Shown here piece by piece: positions 8,950 to 20,632 of a stretch of 64,000 nt of DNA (position 1 is its first letter; every line of letters begins with the position of its first letter). A model generated the notes under the pieces. It did not search any database, was not told the origin of the DNA, and was given only the letters and a program-made list of their open reading frames with translations. Source of the DNA: an uncultured Gemmatimonadales bacterium (lineage in GTDB: Bacteria > Gemmatimonadota > Gemmatimonadetes > Gemmatimonadales > Gemmatimonadaceae); NCBI GenBank assembly GCA_963850905.1, contig CAWKMU010000003.1:1760001-1824000 (forward strand), read 5' to 3'. Position numbers and translations under genes: made by a program.

Positions 8950-9179
8950 CGTTTCGCGTGTTGGGTCCCCACGAACGGGGCCGCTTTGCTCCTGAGGCGT
9001 GGGGACATCTGCTCTCGCTGAGCGGCTCGGGACTTCTCAATGCGGCAGAACTCGAGCAGTTGATCGACCGGGCAATGGCGCAGGTCGATGGGCGGATTGC
9101 GCTGGACGATTTGCGCTCGGTAATGGAAGGGGCGGGCTACGAGGACGGACCAGGGCCTGAACACCCGACAGTGCACTAG
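8946..9179 (+). CDS. Short Smg/DUF494-like protein
   Basis: RVLGPHERGRF..EAWGHLL.L...G.L...ELEQLIDRAMA...I.LDDLR resembles the Smg C-terminal half; ends TVH; lies upstream of topA as smg usually does. Confidence 0.65.
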   Translation: MTFRVLGPHERGRFAPEAWGHLLSLSGSGLLNAAELEQLIDRAMAQVDGRIALDDLRSVMEGAGYEDGPGPEHPTVH

Positions 9180-9342
9180 TCTGGAGGGATGGGGGTGCGC
9201 GCTTGGGTCCGTCAGAGGCTGAGGCGGGTACACCGTTAACGCACGTTGTGCTACTATCGTCTGCCCGAGGAGGGCGACGCGGACGCGCGAATGACGGTGT
9301 GACCTGAATGTGAAGGGCACGAACGAGTTGTATTCAAAGACT

Positions 9343-11851
9343 ATGGCATCAGCGAAGAAACCAGCAGGCAAACGCGCACAAGCTGCGCAGTCGTCGACGC
9401 CGAAACGCGCCGCGACTGGGCGCGCGCGTACATCCAAAACCGGACGGCCGCAGTCGGCGCGCGGCCGCGGCGGACGTCGCAGCGCCGAAGCGATTTTGCC
9501 GCCGCCCCCGCCGGGGACGACGGCGCTCGTCATCGTCGAATCGCCGGCCAAGGCGCAAGACGATCAGCAAGTACCTGGGTCGTGGTTATCGCGTGAAGGC
9601 GACCGTCGGACACGTCCGCGACCTGCCCCAGAAGAAGCTCGGCGTCGATGTCGATCACGGGTTCAAGCCCGAGTACGTGACGATCGCCGGCAAGGAGAAG
9701 ACGCTGGCGGAGCTGCGCGACGCCGCCAAGGACTCGCGCGAGATCTACCTCGCGACCGACCCGGATCGCGAGGGCGAAGCCATCGCGTGGCACGTCGCGG
9801 GTCAGATCGCGCGGAAGTCGGGATCGGTTCCGATTCGGCGGGCGCTCTTCCACGAAGTGACGAAGGACGCTGTGCAGCGCGCGCTCGCGAACGCGGGCGA
9901 GATCGATGAGCGCAAGGTGAACGCGCAGCAGGCGCGGCGCGTGCTCGACCGACTGGTCGGATACAAGGCGAGTCCCGTGCTCTGGAAGACCGTGAAGAAG
10001 GGTCTGTCCGCGGGGCGCGTGCAGACGGTTGCGTTGCGGATGCTCGTGGAGCGCGAGCGGGAGATCCGTGCCTTCAAGGCGGTCGAGTACTGGACCGTCG
10101 GGGCCGAGCTCCAGAAGGAGGATCAGAAGTTCACCGCCCGGCTCCATCAAATCGTCGGCAAGAAGCCGGAGATTCACAACGAGCTCGAAGCCGCGCGTAT
10201 CGTCGAGGCGGTGCGCGCGACCGCGGCCGAGCTCCGTGGCTCGATGAACGGCGCGGTCGAGGACGTGGCCGATGCGATCGGCGTGTTCCCGGTGACGGAA
10301 GTCAAGCGGCGCGCGCGGCGCAAGAATCCGCAAGCGCCCTTCACGACGAGCACGCTGCAGCAGGAAGCCGCGAAGAAGCTGGGGTTCGGTTCCAAGCGCA
10401 CGATGCGGCTGGCGCAGGACCTGTATGAAGGCATTGATCTCGGCCCTGACGGAGCGGTCGGTCTCATCACGTACATGCGCACCGACTCGACCCGCGTGTC
10501 CGAGGCCGCCGCGACGCACGCCCGGGAGCATATCGAGACGATGTTCGGTGCGAGCTTTCTGGCCGAGGCGCCCCGACTGTTCAGCGACTCTGGAAAAAAC
10601 GCGCAGGACGCGCACGAGGCGGTTCGGCCCACCGATGTCACGCGCCGCCCCGAGCTCGTGCAGCCGTACTTGTCGGACGACCAGCTCAAGCTCTATCAGC
10701 TCGTGTGGCAACGCTTCATGGCGTCCCAGATGGCACCCGCGGTCTTCGACACGACGACGGTCGACTTCGACCTCGGCGACTATCAATTCCGCTCGACGGG
10801 AAGTGTGATCAAGTTCCGCGGCTTCCTCGCGGTGTATCGCGAGGGCCGGGAATCACACGAAGGTCGGACCCTCGAGGACGAGCAGGCACTGCCCGAGATC
10901 CAGCAGGGCGAGCGCATCCCGGTGCGTGCGGTCACCCCCGTGCAACACTTCACCGAGCCCCCACCGCGCTACTCCGAGGCGAGTCTGGTCAAGGAGCTCG
11001 AGCGCCTGGGCATTGGCCGCCCGTCGACGTATGCGTCGATCATCTCGACCCTGGTGGACCGGCGCTACGCTCAGCTCGAGCAGCGGCGGTTCTTCCCGAC
11101 CCCGTTGGGCGAGAGCGTCGAGAAGGTCATGGTGAAGCAGTTCCCCGACGTGTTCAACGTCAGCTTCACGTCCGAGATGGAAGGAGAGCTCGACAAGATC
11201 GAGGACGGGCAGCGCACGTGGCAGCGCGTGCTCAAAGACTTTTACGGTCCCTTCGCGATCTCGCTGGACAAGGTCGACGTCGGCCGCCTCATCGCGGCTG
11301 CGCATGACCTGTCAGCCGTGGCGAACGAGAAATGCCCGGACTGTGGCGGCAAGCTCGTGGCCAAGGGCGGCTTCTTCGGGCCGTTCCTCGCGTGCGAGAA
11401 TCATCCCAAGAAGTGCAAGCACACGCGCCCGCTCGGGCGAGACCGCAAGCCTGCCGAGCCGACCAACTACATCTGCCACGAGTGCGGCGCACCCATGCTC
11501 AAACGTGGGGGTCGCACCGGCGATTTCCTTGGCTGCAGTCGGTTCCCGAAGTGCCGCGGCACGCGCTCCATGCCCACGGGCGTCATGTGCCCCAAGGATG
11601 GCGGAGAGCTCGCGGCGCGCCGATCCAAGAAGCGCGGCAAGATCTTCTACGGATGCGCCAACTACCCGAATTGCGATTTCGTGGCGTGGGACAAACCGGT
11701 GCGCGAGCATTGCCCTGAATGCGGATACGAAGGCGCGGAGGCCAAGTCCACCAAGTCGCGGGGTGAATACCGCAAGTGCCTGAAGTGCGCCAACGAATGG
11801 GATGTGGAGACGAAGCCGGAAACCGTGGAACCGGAGCGGGTGCCGGCCTGA
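9343..11851 (+). CDS. topA: DNA topoisomerase I (apparent +1 frameshift near 9555)
   Basis: LVIVESPAKA|KTISKYLG, ATDPDREGEAIAWH, SAGRVQT, catalytic ITYMRTDS, GIGRPSTYA, C-terminal Zn ribbons. Confidence 0.95.
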
Positions 11852-11858
11852 CGGCTGG

Positions 11859-12929
11859 TTATTTCTTGCCCGTCCCCAGGAACACCTCGGGATCCAGGTG
11901 CCCGCCCATCGACGGAAGGGGAGCCGGGTCGCTCTCATCCAAGCGCCCCAAATCGATGCGGACGACGCCGGTCGGTGTCGGCTCCAGGAAGATGTTCGCG
12001 AACTTTCGACCCCAATCGACTTCCGCGGCCGTATAGGACCCGCGCGTCGTCACGGTCTGGAAAAAGGTCTCGTCGGTTCCTGACAGAAGTATCAGGAACT
12101 CCGCCTCCGATTTGAGCAACTCCTCGCGGGTCACTCCCCGGAGTGGGCTCGTCTCATCGATGGGGTGTACGATCGTCCAGGACAGCGAGAAAAACACGAC
12201 GCTGTTGCGCTCGAGCGGGAGCAGATTGAAGGTCCGCGTGCGTACGCCGTTGACGATCTCGAAGCGAGCCAGCGTGACGCTCGCCTGGATGTTGGTGATC
12301 TCGTTGCGCCCCGCGTTCACGATTCGGAACATGAAGCCCGCGCCCCCACGGTACGGGGCGATCAGCGCCTGCCGACTGAAGCGGATGCGGGGAACGGGTC
12401 GGGAGAAGCGCGCGAAGATGATGCCGGTCGCGAGACCGATGCTCGCGAGCGCGGTGAACGACTCGAGGAGTACGAGGACGTTGGCGGTCCGCGAACCCGG
12501 GACGATCACCCCGAACCCGATCGTCGCGAACGTCTGGACGCTGAAGAAGAACGCTTGTGGAAAGCTGCCGTTCGGAAAGAGAGCGTCGCTCTCGTGCAGG
12601 GTAGCGGGTCCCGCGATGTAGTACGCCACGGCGAAGAGGAAGGCTATCGTGAGCCAGGCTGCGGCGAGAACGCCCAGGAACGGTAGCCACCGGATCGTGA
12701 GCAGAGAGTGATAGGGCGCCCCGAGCACGGCTGCGAGGCGGCTCCCGCGCCGGACGTTGAACGACCCGTCGCGGTTCATCAGCCGAACACGACTCTCGGT
12801 TGCGACAACGTTACCAAAGCCGAGGTCCGTGGGCGCCTGTCCAGCGAGCGGGGACGCCGGCATACCCGGAGGATCGGCAGGATCGGGAGAACCGACGGGG
12901 TGATGCGAGGTCTTCCGGTGGAACGCCAT
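11859..12929 (-). CDS. Inward-rectifier potassium channel (KirBac-like)
   Basis: [11 protein letters not shown], two TM helices, pore [43 protein letters not shown]...EV.WG. Confidence 0.9.
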   Translation of the reverse strand: MAFHRKTSHHPVGSPDPADPPGMPASPLAGQAPTDLGFGNVVATESRVRLMNRDGSFNVRRGSRLAAVLGAPYHSLLTIRWLPFLGVLAAAWLTIAFLFAVAYYIAGPATLHESDALFPNGSFPQAFFFSVQTFATIGFGVIVPGSRTANVLVLLESFTALASIGLATGIIFARFSRPVPRIRFSRQALIAPYRGGAGFMFRIVNAGRNEITNIQASVTLARFEIVNGVRTRTFNLLPLERNSVVFFSLSWTIVHPIDETSPLRGVTREELLKSEAEFLILLSGTDETFFQTVTTRGSYTAAEVDWGRKFANIFLEPTPTGVVRIDLGRLDESDPAPLPSMGGHLDPEVFLGTGKK

Positions 12930-12956
12930 GCTCAGAACATATTCGTATCTTTCAGC

Positions 12957-14427
12957 ATGCGCTCGGACCGCGTTTACATCGTTGGGGGCGGCTTGGCCGG
13001 CTGTGAGGCCGCCTGGCAACTCGCCGAACGCCAGATCCCGGTCGTTCTCTTGGAGATGCGGCCGGGTCAGCCGACACCTGCCCACCGAACAGATCGGCTC
13101 GCAGAGCTCGTTTGCTCCAACACGTTCAAGAGCACGGAGCTCACGAACGCGCACGGGTTGCTGAAAGCCGAGATGCGCGCGTTGGGCTCATTGGTGCTCG
13201 CCGCCGCCGATGCTGTGCGCGTCCCCGGTGGCACCGCGCTAGCGGTGGACCGTGAGGCGTTCGCAGCCCTGGTGACCGAACGGATCGCGACGCACCCGCA
13301 GATTCGCGTCGAACGGCGCGAGGTGGCGAGCCTCCCCACTCCCGGCATCGTCGCGACGGGGCCGCTCACATCTCGATGCACTGGCCGCGGCGCTTCGGCA
13401 GCGACTCGGCGCGGAGGCGCTCGCGTTCTACGATGCGATCGCGCCGGTTGTCGACGTCGACTCGCTGGACCGCGAGCGGGTGTTCAGGGCATCGCGCTAT
13501 GGCAAGGAGACCATGAGCTGCGGGGTCGGAGGTCAGGGGTCAGGGGTTGGGGAACGGCAACGGCCGACAGGCGACGACGGTTCGACGAGCCTCGAGTCGG
13601 ACGGCGCCGCTGCGGGCGATCAGGAGCAAGGCGCGGGTGGGGCGTACATCAACTGCCCGTTCACCCGTGAGGAATACGACGCATTCATCGACGCGCTGAG
13701 CACCGCCGACCAGCATCAGGCTCACGAGTTCGATGCCGTGCCGTACTTCGAGGGGTGTCTGCCCGTCGAGGTGATGGCGCAGCGGGGTCGGGACGTGTTG
13801 CGTTTTGGTCCGCTCAAGCCTGTGGGGCTCGTCGACCCCCGGACCGGCCGGCGACCGTATGCCGTCGTCCAGTTACGCCGCGAGGATCGTGCTGGCCGGA
13901 TGTGGAATCTCGTAGGGTTTCAAACGCGGTTGCGCATCGGCGACCAGCAGCACGTATTCCGAATGATCCCAGGGTTGAGAGAAGCGGAGTTTCTGCGTTA
14001 CGGGTCGATCCATCGCAATTCCTACGTGAACACACCGGCGGTTCTGACCCCGTACCTCTCGCTACGAGACGACCCGCACACGTTGCTCGCCGGGCAGATG
14101 ACTGGAGTTGAGGGATATACCGAGAGCGCCGCCACGGGCCTCCTCGCGGGAATCAATCTCGCCCGCCTGCTCGCCGGAGATGGGCCCATCCTCCCGCCAC
14201 CTACCACGATGCTGGGCGCGTTGTACCGCTACCTGCGCGAGGCCGATCCGCGCCATTTTCAGCCGATGAACGCGAACTTCGGGCTGCTCGATGAGCTGCC
14301 GGAAGTCGTGCGCGACAAGCGACGGAAGCGGGAATTGTTCGCGGAGCGTGCCTTGCGCGATCTGACATCCTGGCGCGATGCGGCGATGGCCAGCGGCGCA
14401 CCGATCGCGGAATCATGCGCATCGTGA
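12957..14427 (+). CDS. trmFO: tRNA (uracil-5-)-methyltransferase TrmFO (apparent +1 frameshift near 13374)
   Basis: [69 protein letters not shown]. Confidence 0.94.
13521..13580 (+). repeat. Heptamer-repeat arm inside the trmFO coding sequence
   Basis: GGGGTCG GAGGTCA GGGGTCA GGGGTTG GGGAAC GGCAAC, with the same unit and GGGAAC end as the intergenic elements at 1097 and 6721. Confidence 0.7.
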
Positions 14428-14449
14428 CGCCTCCGGACTCCGGCCGCTA

Positions 14450-15380
14450 ATGCCGCTTCCCGGCGCCTTCCTCGCCGATTTTCTCGCGCACCTGGAAAAA
14501 GAGCGAGATGTGTCGCCGCGCACGGTCACGGCATACGGACGCGACCTCGACGAGTTCGGCCGATTCCTGGCTGACTATTACGGCGGATCGAGTTGGACCT
14601 GGCAGGGCGTGGACCGCCTCGCCATCCGCAGCTACATGGGGCATCTCGACGCGGCGCGGCTTGGGCAAGCGCTCCGTTGCTCGTGCACTGTCGGCGGTCC
14701 GTAGCTTCTACCGATACCTTCACCTTTCGGACCTGGTCGACGTCAACCCGGCGCGCGGGGTCGGTTCACCGCGTCGCGACCGCCATCTGCCGACCTATCT
14801 CGATCGCGCGCAAGCCACGCGGCTGTTCGAGGCCGCGGAGTCGGCAGCGGCCACAGGCCGGTTCGCTGCGGTGCGGAATCTCGCGATGCTCGAGCTTTTC
14901 TATTCCACGGGCATGCGCCTGTCGGAGCTGTGTGGGCTCAGCCGACGCGATCTCGACCTCGTCTCGCAGCAAGCCAAGGTGCGAGGGAAGGGTCGCAAGG
15001 AGCGCATTGTGCCCATCGGTGACCATGCGACTCGTGCACTGCGGGCGTACGACGCGCACCGCGAGACGCTCGTGACCTCGGTGGGCGCGCGGGCCGACCG
15101 CCTCGCCGTGTTCCTCAATCAGCGTGGACAGCGCATGAGCGCTCGAGGCGTGCAGGCCGCGATCACGCGCTGCCTCGCGGGCGTCGACGAAGCCGCTGGG
15201 CTGAGCGTCCACTCGCTTCGGCATACGGTTGCGACGCACCTCCTCGACGCGGGAGCTGATCTCCGCGCGGTGCAGGAGCTGCTCGGCCATGCCTCCGTGA
15301 GCACTACCCAGGTCTACACCCACACGAGCGTCGAGCGGCTCAAGCAGGTCTATCGCAAGGCGCATCCACGGGCGATGTGA
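14450..15380 (+). CDS. xerC: Tyrosine recombinase XerC (apparent +1 frameshift near 14647)
   Basis: SPRTVTAYGRDL; LFYSTGMRLSEL, GKGRKERIVP, HSLRH, VQELLGHAS.STTQVYTH, AHPRA; context trmFO-xerC-hslVU. Confidence 0.9.
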
Positions 15381-15389
15381 GCGCGCGCC

Positions 15390-16601
15390 GTGGCTAGCCA
15401 TTGGCGCGCGTCACTCCGCGCCGCCGAGCGTCGTACGAAGGCACTCATCATCAGGATCCTGGGTAGCCTCGTGCGCCCCAGTGCGTCGCCGCCTCCGGAC
15501 TGGAGCACGGGTCCGCACCGCGTGCTCTATCTTCGGTACGATCGGATCGGCGACATGGTACTGGCGACCGGCATCATCAAGGCGATCGTTTCGGCGCAGC
15601 CGACCGTCACCGTCGACGTGCTTGCGTCGGTCGCGAACGCCGCAGTGCTGCGCGGCAATCCGCATGTCGGGACAGTGCTCACCATCGACCGCAAGCGACC
15701 CCTGAGCTATCTCGCGACGCTGGCTCGCGTGCGGCGCGCACGGTATGACGCGGTCGTCGACGCGATGGTGATGGCGCCGTCGCTGACGACCATGTTGCTC
15801 ATGTGGGCGAGCGGCGCGCGCCACCGCATCGGTGTTGCGGAACGAGGGAATGACTTTGCGCTCACACTGCCGGTTGCCCGCGTCAGTGGCGCCGAGCACT
15901 ACGTCGACCACTCCGCCGCGGTACTCGCGGCGTTCGGTGTCGATCCCGTGCGGGAGGCGCGACAGCGTGCCGTGAGTCCAGTGGGCACGTCGGGTGCGGA
16001 TCCTGGATCCGGCGCCCGGATCTGTGCGTCCACCAACACGAGCTGGGGCATCTGGCAGCCGGAGCTCTTTCTGACGCCAGCGGAACTGGAGGAGGGGGAA
16101 GCGCGTTGGCACAAGGCGCGTGGCCAGGCGCCGACTGCGGCGGCCGGCGTCGGCCGACTCGTCGTGAACGTGTCAGCCGGTGCCGGGTGGCGATACTGGC
16201 CGGACGAGCGATTCATCGCGACGCTCGGCCGGATCCGGTCACGCTTTCCAGGGTGGTCGATTCTCCTGGTCGGTGCGCCGCAGGACTCGGAGCGCATGGC
16301 GCGGATCGGCGCCGCCTCGGGTGCGGCGGTGACGCACACGGCCCACTACCGCGAGATGATGGCCGTCGTCGCGACCGCGGACGTGGCGCTCACCGCCGAT
16401 ACCTCCGTGACGCACATCGCGTCGGCATTTGGCCGGCCGGCCGTGGTGATGGCCGCACGGAACCGGGGCGGGCTCTATGGCCCCTATGGGACGGCCGGCC
16501 GGGCCGTCTCGACGACGAGCCTGTCGCTCGACTCGCTGGAGGTCGGGCCAGTGGCGGAGGCGTTGGAATCAGTCGTCGCCGCGGCGCGGCCGTCCCGCTG
16601 A
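15390..16601 (+). CDS. Glycosyltransferase family 9 (heptosyltransferase-like)
   Basis: RYDRIGDMVLAT, R.WP.E.F, ADTSVTHIASAFGRP. Confidence 0.85.
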   Translation: MASHWRASLRAAERRTKALIIRILGSLVRPSASPPPDWSTGPHRVLYLRYDRIGDMVLATGIIKAIVSAQPTVTVDVLASVANAAVLRGNPHVGTVLTIDRKRPLSYLATLARVRRARYDAVVDAMVMAPSLTTMLLMWASGARHRIGVAERGNDFALTLPVARVSGAEHYVDHSAAVLAAFGVDPVREARQRAVSPVGTSGADPGSGARICASTNTSWGIWQPELFLTPAELEEGEARWHKARGQAPTAAAGVGRLVVNVSAGAGWRYWPDERFIATLGRIRSRFPGWSILLVGAPQDSERMARIGAASGAAVTHTAHYREMMAVVATADVALTADTSVTHIASAFGRPAVVMAARNRGGLYGPYGTAGRAVSTTSLSLDSLEVGPVAEALESVVAAARPSR

Positions 16602-16619
16602 CTGCGTTATTCTTCGACA

Positions 16620-17177
16620 ATGTCCACGCACCCACGATTCCCGACGATCTATGCCACGACCATCCTGGCCGTACGTCGCGATGGCCAGCTCGCGCTAGGC
16701 GGTGATGGCCAGGTCACGGTCGGGGAAACGGTCATGAAGTCGAACGCGCAGAAGGTGCGCGCCCTCCGGGGAGGCAAGCTCCTGGCCGGCTTTGCAGGGG
16801 CAGCGGCCGACGCCTTTACGCTCTTCGAGAAGTTCGAGGAAAAGCTGGAGCGGTACCCTGGCAACCTGCCGCGCGCGGCCGTCGAGCTTGCCAAAGATTG
16901 GCGGAGTGATCGGGTCCTTCGCCGGCTGGAGGCGCTGCTGGCAGTCGCCGACCGGCAACACGGGTTCATCATCTCGGGGACGGGCGATATCATCGAGCCC
17001 GACGACGGCATCCTCGCGATTGGCTCGGGTGGCTCGTACGCGCTCGCCGCGGCCCGCGCACTCAAGGACAACACCACGATGCCCCCAGTCGAGATCGTGC
17101 GTCGAGCGCTCGAGATCGCCGGCGAGATCTGTATCTACACGAACGACAACATCACCGTGCTCGAACCCACGGGGTGA
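16620..17177 (+). CDS. hslV: ATP-dependent protease subunit HslV
   Basis: [38 protein letters not shown]. Confidence 0.96.
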   Translation: MSTHPRFPTIYATTILAVRRDGQLALGGDGQVTVGETVMKSNAQKVRALRGGKLLAGFAGAAADAFTLFEKFEEKLERYPGNLPRAAVELAKDWRSDRVLRRLEALLAVADRQHGFIISGTGDIIEPDDGILAIGSGGSYALAAARALKDNTTMPPVEIVRRALEIAGEICIYTNDNITVLEPTG

Positions 17178-17228
17178 GCGCGAGCACGGTGAGTTACTGT
17201 TAATTCACCACTTCATTAGGGGTCGGGG

Positions 17229-18817
17229 TTGTCCTCTAAACGCACTCAACAGGCGCTGGCCAAGCTGGCCGATCTCACACCACGGCAGATCGTGGCGGAG
17301 CTCAATCGCTACATCGTCGGCCAGGGTGAAGCGAAGAAAGCGGTGGCCATCGCGCTGCGGAACCGGTGGCGCCGTCAGCGCGCGCCCGAGACCATCCGGG
17401 AAGAGATCTCTCCCAACAACATCATCCTCATCGGCCCGACCGGGGTCGGGAAGACGGAGATCGCGCGACGTCTGGCGAAGCTGGCAGGCGCCCCGTTCGT
17501 GAAGGTCGAGGCGTCGAAGTTCACGGAAGTCGGCTACGTCGGTCGTGATGTCGAAGGGATGGTTCGCGACCTGGTGGAGAGCGCGATCGATATGGTCAGG
17601 ACGGAGCGCGAAGCGGAAGTCGAGGACCTCGCCAACGAACGCGTCGACGATCGACTGCTCGATCTCCTGCTGCCCGTTCCGACGGATGCCAAGCCCAATG
17701 GGGCCGCACAAGCCGCGGTCCGTTCCGTCGTCCACTCCAGTCGGCGCCGCGACGGCGCACGCCGTGCCGGCAGGCCCGTCGTCGACCACCACCAGTGAGC
17801 GAGGAACGGTGTTCGTCGTATCGCCGCGCGGCGACGTCTCGGTCGGCGCCGGTGCGTCCAGTGCCAAATCCGCCGAATGAGCCGCCTGGTGACGGGGCGG
17901 GGGGCGACGAAGCTGCACAGGCCCGATATCAGCGCACGCGGGCGAAGCTACGCCAGCTGCTGCTCGACGGACAACTCGAGGGGCGCGAGGTGGAGGTCGA
18001 GGTGACGCACGCCGGCCCCCAGATGTGGGACGTCATGCTGCCGCAAGGCGCGCCTGAAGGGATGGAGAACTTCATGGAGATGCTCCAGGAGATGAGTCCG
18101 AAGCGGAAGAAACGCCGCACGGTCAAGGTCTCTGAAGCGCGCCGGATCCTCATAGAGCAGGAGTTGGACAAGCTCATCGATCACGAGGACGTGACCAGCG
18201 ATGCGTTGGAGCGCGTCGAGAAGCTGGGCATCATCTTCCTCGACGAGATCGACAAGATCGCCGGCGAGCGAGGTCCGACAGGTGGTGGCGGGCCCGATGT
18301 TTCACGCGAAGGCGTGCAGCGGGATCTCCTGCCCATCGTCGAAGGCTCCAACGTCCAGACCAAGTACGGAATGGTGAAGACCGACCACGTCCTGTTCGTT
18401 GCGGCTGGCGCGTTCCACGTTTCCAAGCCCAGCGATCTGATCCCGGAGCTGCAAGGCCGGTTTCCGATCCGGGTCGAGCTCAAGCCGCTGACTGAGGAGG
18501 ACTTCGTCCGGATCATGACCGAGCCGGAGAATGCGCTGACGAAGCAGTATGCGGCGCTCATCGAGGCTGAGGGCGCGACGCTCACCTTCACCGACGACGG
18601 CATCAGGGAGATCGCCAGCACGGCGGCACGCGTGAATCAGCGGATGGAGAATATCGGCGCCCGCCGGCTGCACACGGTGATGACGACGCTGCTCGAGGAC
18701 GTCCTCTACGAGCTGCCCGATCGCGGTACGCAGCCCATCAACATCGATGCGGCGAGTGTGCGCGACCGGCTTCGCTCGATTGCCGACGACGAGGACTTGC
18801 GGAAGTACATACTTTAA
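17229..18817 (+). CDS. hslU: ATP-dependent protease ATPase HslU (two apparent +1 frameshifts, near 17720 and 17876)
   Basis: [23 protein letters not shown]; middle segment in the ORF 17545 frame; [39 protein letters not shown]. Confidence 0.94.
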
Positions 18818-18896
18818 TCGACGGCGCACGCCGCCAGCCGGCCGCCGGGTCTCCCGGATCGGCCGTCCCGACTCGCTGCCCGACGCACCTCAACCC

Positions 18897-19803
18897 ATGC
18901 CTCGTCACTTTCTCGCAATCCCGGACTTCAGCCGGTCCGAGCTCGGCGCCCTGCTCGCTCTGGCGGAATGCATGCGCGCGGGCGAGTACCACCACACGCC
19001 GCTCGCGGGGAAATCGCTCGCGATGATCTTCATGAAATCGTCGACGCGCACCCGCGTGTCTTTCGAGGTCGGCACCTCGCAGCTCGGCGGGCACGCGTTG
19101 TTTCTCTCGCCGCGTGACTGTCAACTCGGCCGCGACGAGTCGATCGCCGACACGGCGCGCGTGCTTTCGCGCTACGTCAATGCAATCATGATCCGAACGT
19201 ATCGCGCACGCGGATGTCGAGGAGCTCGCGCGCTATGCCTCGGTGCCGGTGATCAATGGATTGACCGATCTCCTACACCCCTGTCAGGTGCTGGCCGACG
19301 TGCTGACGATGCAGCAGAGTCTTGGCGGGTGGGAGGGCAAGCGCGTCGCATGGATTGGCGACGGCAACAACGTCGCGAATTCGTGGATCAACGCGGCGTA
19401 CCGGCTCGGGTTTCCGCTCACGCTCGCGTGTCCGGAGGGATACGAACCGGACGCCGCTGTCCTGGGGCGCGCACAAGGGGAGGGCGCGGCGGTGCGCGTC
19501 GTTCGCGATCCCGCCGAGGCGACGTCGGGCGTCGACGTCGTGACGACTGACGTGTGGGCCTCGATGGGTCAGGAAGAAGAGCACGAGCGCCGCGCACGGG
19601 CCTTGGACGGCTATCAGGTCAATGCGAAGCTGATGGCGCGCGCGGCGAAGAATGCCATCTTCCTGCACTGCCTCCCGGCTCACCGTGGTGAGGAAGTGAC
19701 CGCCGAGGTCATCGACGGCCCGCAGAGTCGCGTGTGGGACGAGGCGGAGAACCGCCTGCATGTCCAGAAGGCGCTGATGGCGATGTTGATGGCAGAGAGC
19801 TAG
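18897..19803 (+). CDS. argF: Ornithine carbamoyltransferase (apparent +1 frameshift near 19202)
   Basis: [46 protein letters not shown]. Confidence 0.94.
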
Positions 19804-19828
19804 ACCCCAACCTGAGACCCCACCCAGC

Positions 19829-20326
19829 ATGGTTAAAGAACAGGAGCAGGCGCCCGACTTCACTGTGCAGACCGACGAGGGCAAGGATCTGCGGCTCTCT
19901 GCACTGCGAGGCCAGCCCGTCGTGCTGTACTTCTATCCCAAGGACGACACGCCCGGATGCACGGTCGAGGCGTGTGAGCTCCGGGATGCGTTTCCTCGGT
20001 TCAAGAAATCCGACGCGGTGATTCTGGGGGTGAGCCCCGATGACGTCGCTTCTCATCAGAAATTCAAGCGCAAGTTCGAGCTCCCGTTCACGTTGCTCGC
20101 CGACACGGATCACGCGATCGCCGAGCGCTACGGCGTCTGGGTGGAAAAATCCATGTACGGCAGGCACTACATGGGCGTCCAGCGAGCGACGTTCATCATC
20201 GGGGCCGACGGCACCGTCGCCAAGGTCTTTCCCAAGGTGAAGCCGGAAGGGCACGCGGCCGAAGTCGAAGCGGAGATCACACAGCTCAAGGCCAGCGGAA
20301 CGGGGACGGCGAAGCAGCGAAAGTGA
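19829..20326 (+). CDS. bcp: Peroxiredoxin Bcp (PrxQ)
   Basis: YFYPKDDTPGCTVEAC. Confidence 0.93.
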   Translation: MVKEQEQAPDFTVQTDEGKDLRLSALRGQPVVLYFYPKDDTPGCTVEACELRDAFPRFKKSDAVILGVSPDDVASHQKFKRKFELPFTLLADTDHAIAERYGVWVEKSMYGRHYMGVQRATFIIGADGTVAKVFPKVKPEGHAAEVEAEITQLKASGTGTAKQRK

Positions 20327-20632
20327 TAGGGGGGAGCCGATACTCCTGACCGCCCATGGCCTGGGCGGGTCCTGGCAGGGTGGTCGTCCCTGTTGGTATC
20401 TCGTTGGGGGGGCGCGTATTAGGCCGGACGCCTCTGGGCGCCATTCTGCGGTCGGGATGACCGAATTGGATGTGTTACGAACGGTGCCCGACACCGCATG
20501 GTGTGACAGTCGGGTCACTCGGCGTGACGGGCACTTTCGGCCCTCGCTCTAGTTTGGTCTGCGTCGCTGCTCGCGAACCGAGCACGCTGATTCGATGCGT
20601 GCGCCGAGCGGCCGTGCAAACGGCGAGGCCCG

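Noticed and set aside
14450..15380. Tyrosine recombinase as an integrase of a mobile element
   Set aside because: The sequence and the trmFO/hslVU context match chromosomal XerC; no att sites or cargo are visible.
6881..19803. aroC, topA, trmFO, xerC, hslU and argF as true pseudogenes or programmed frameshifts
   Set aside because: Both halves keep all catalytic motifs, several genes are near-essential, and there are no slippery sequences. Uniform +1 insertions point to consensus error.
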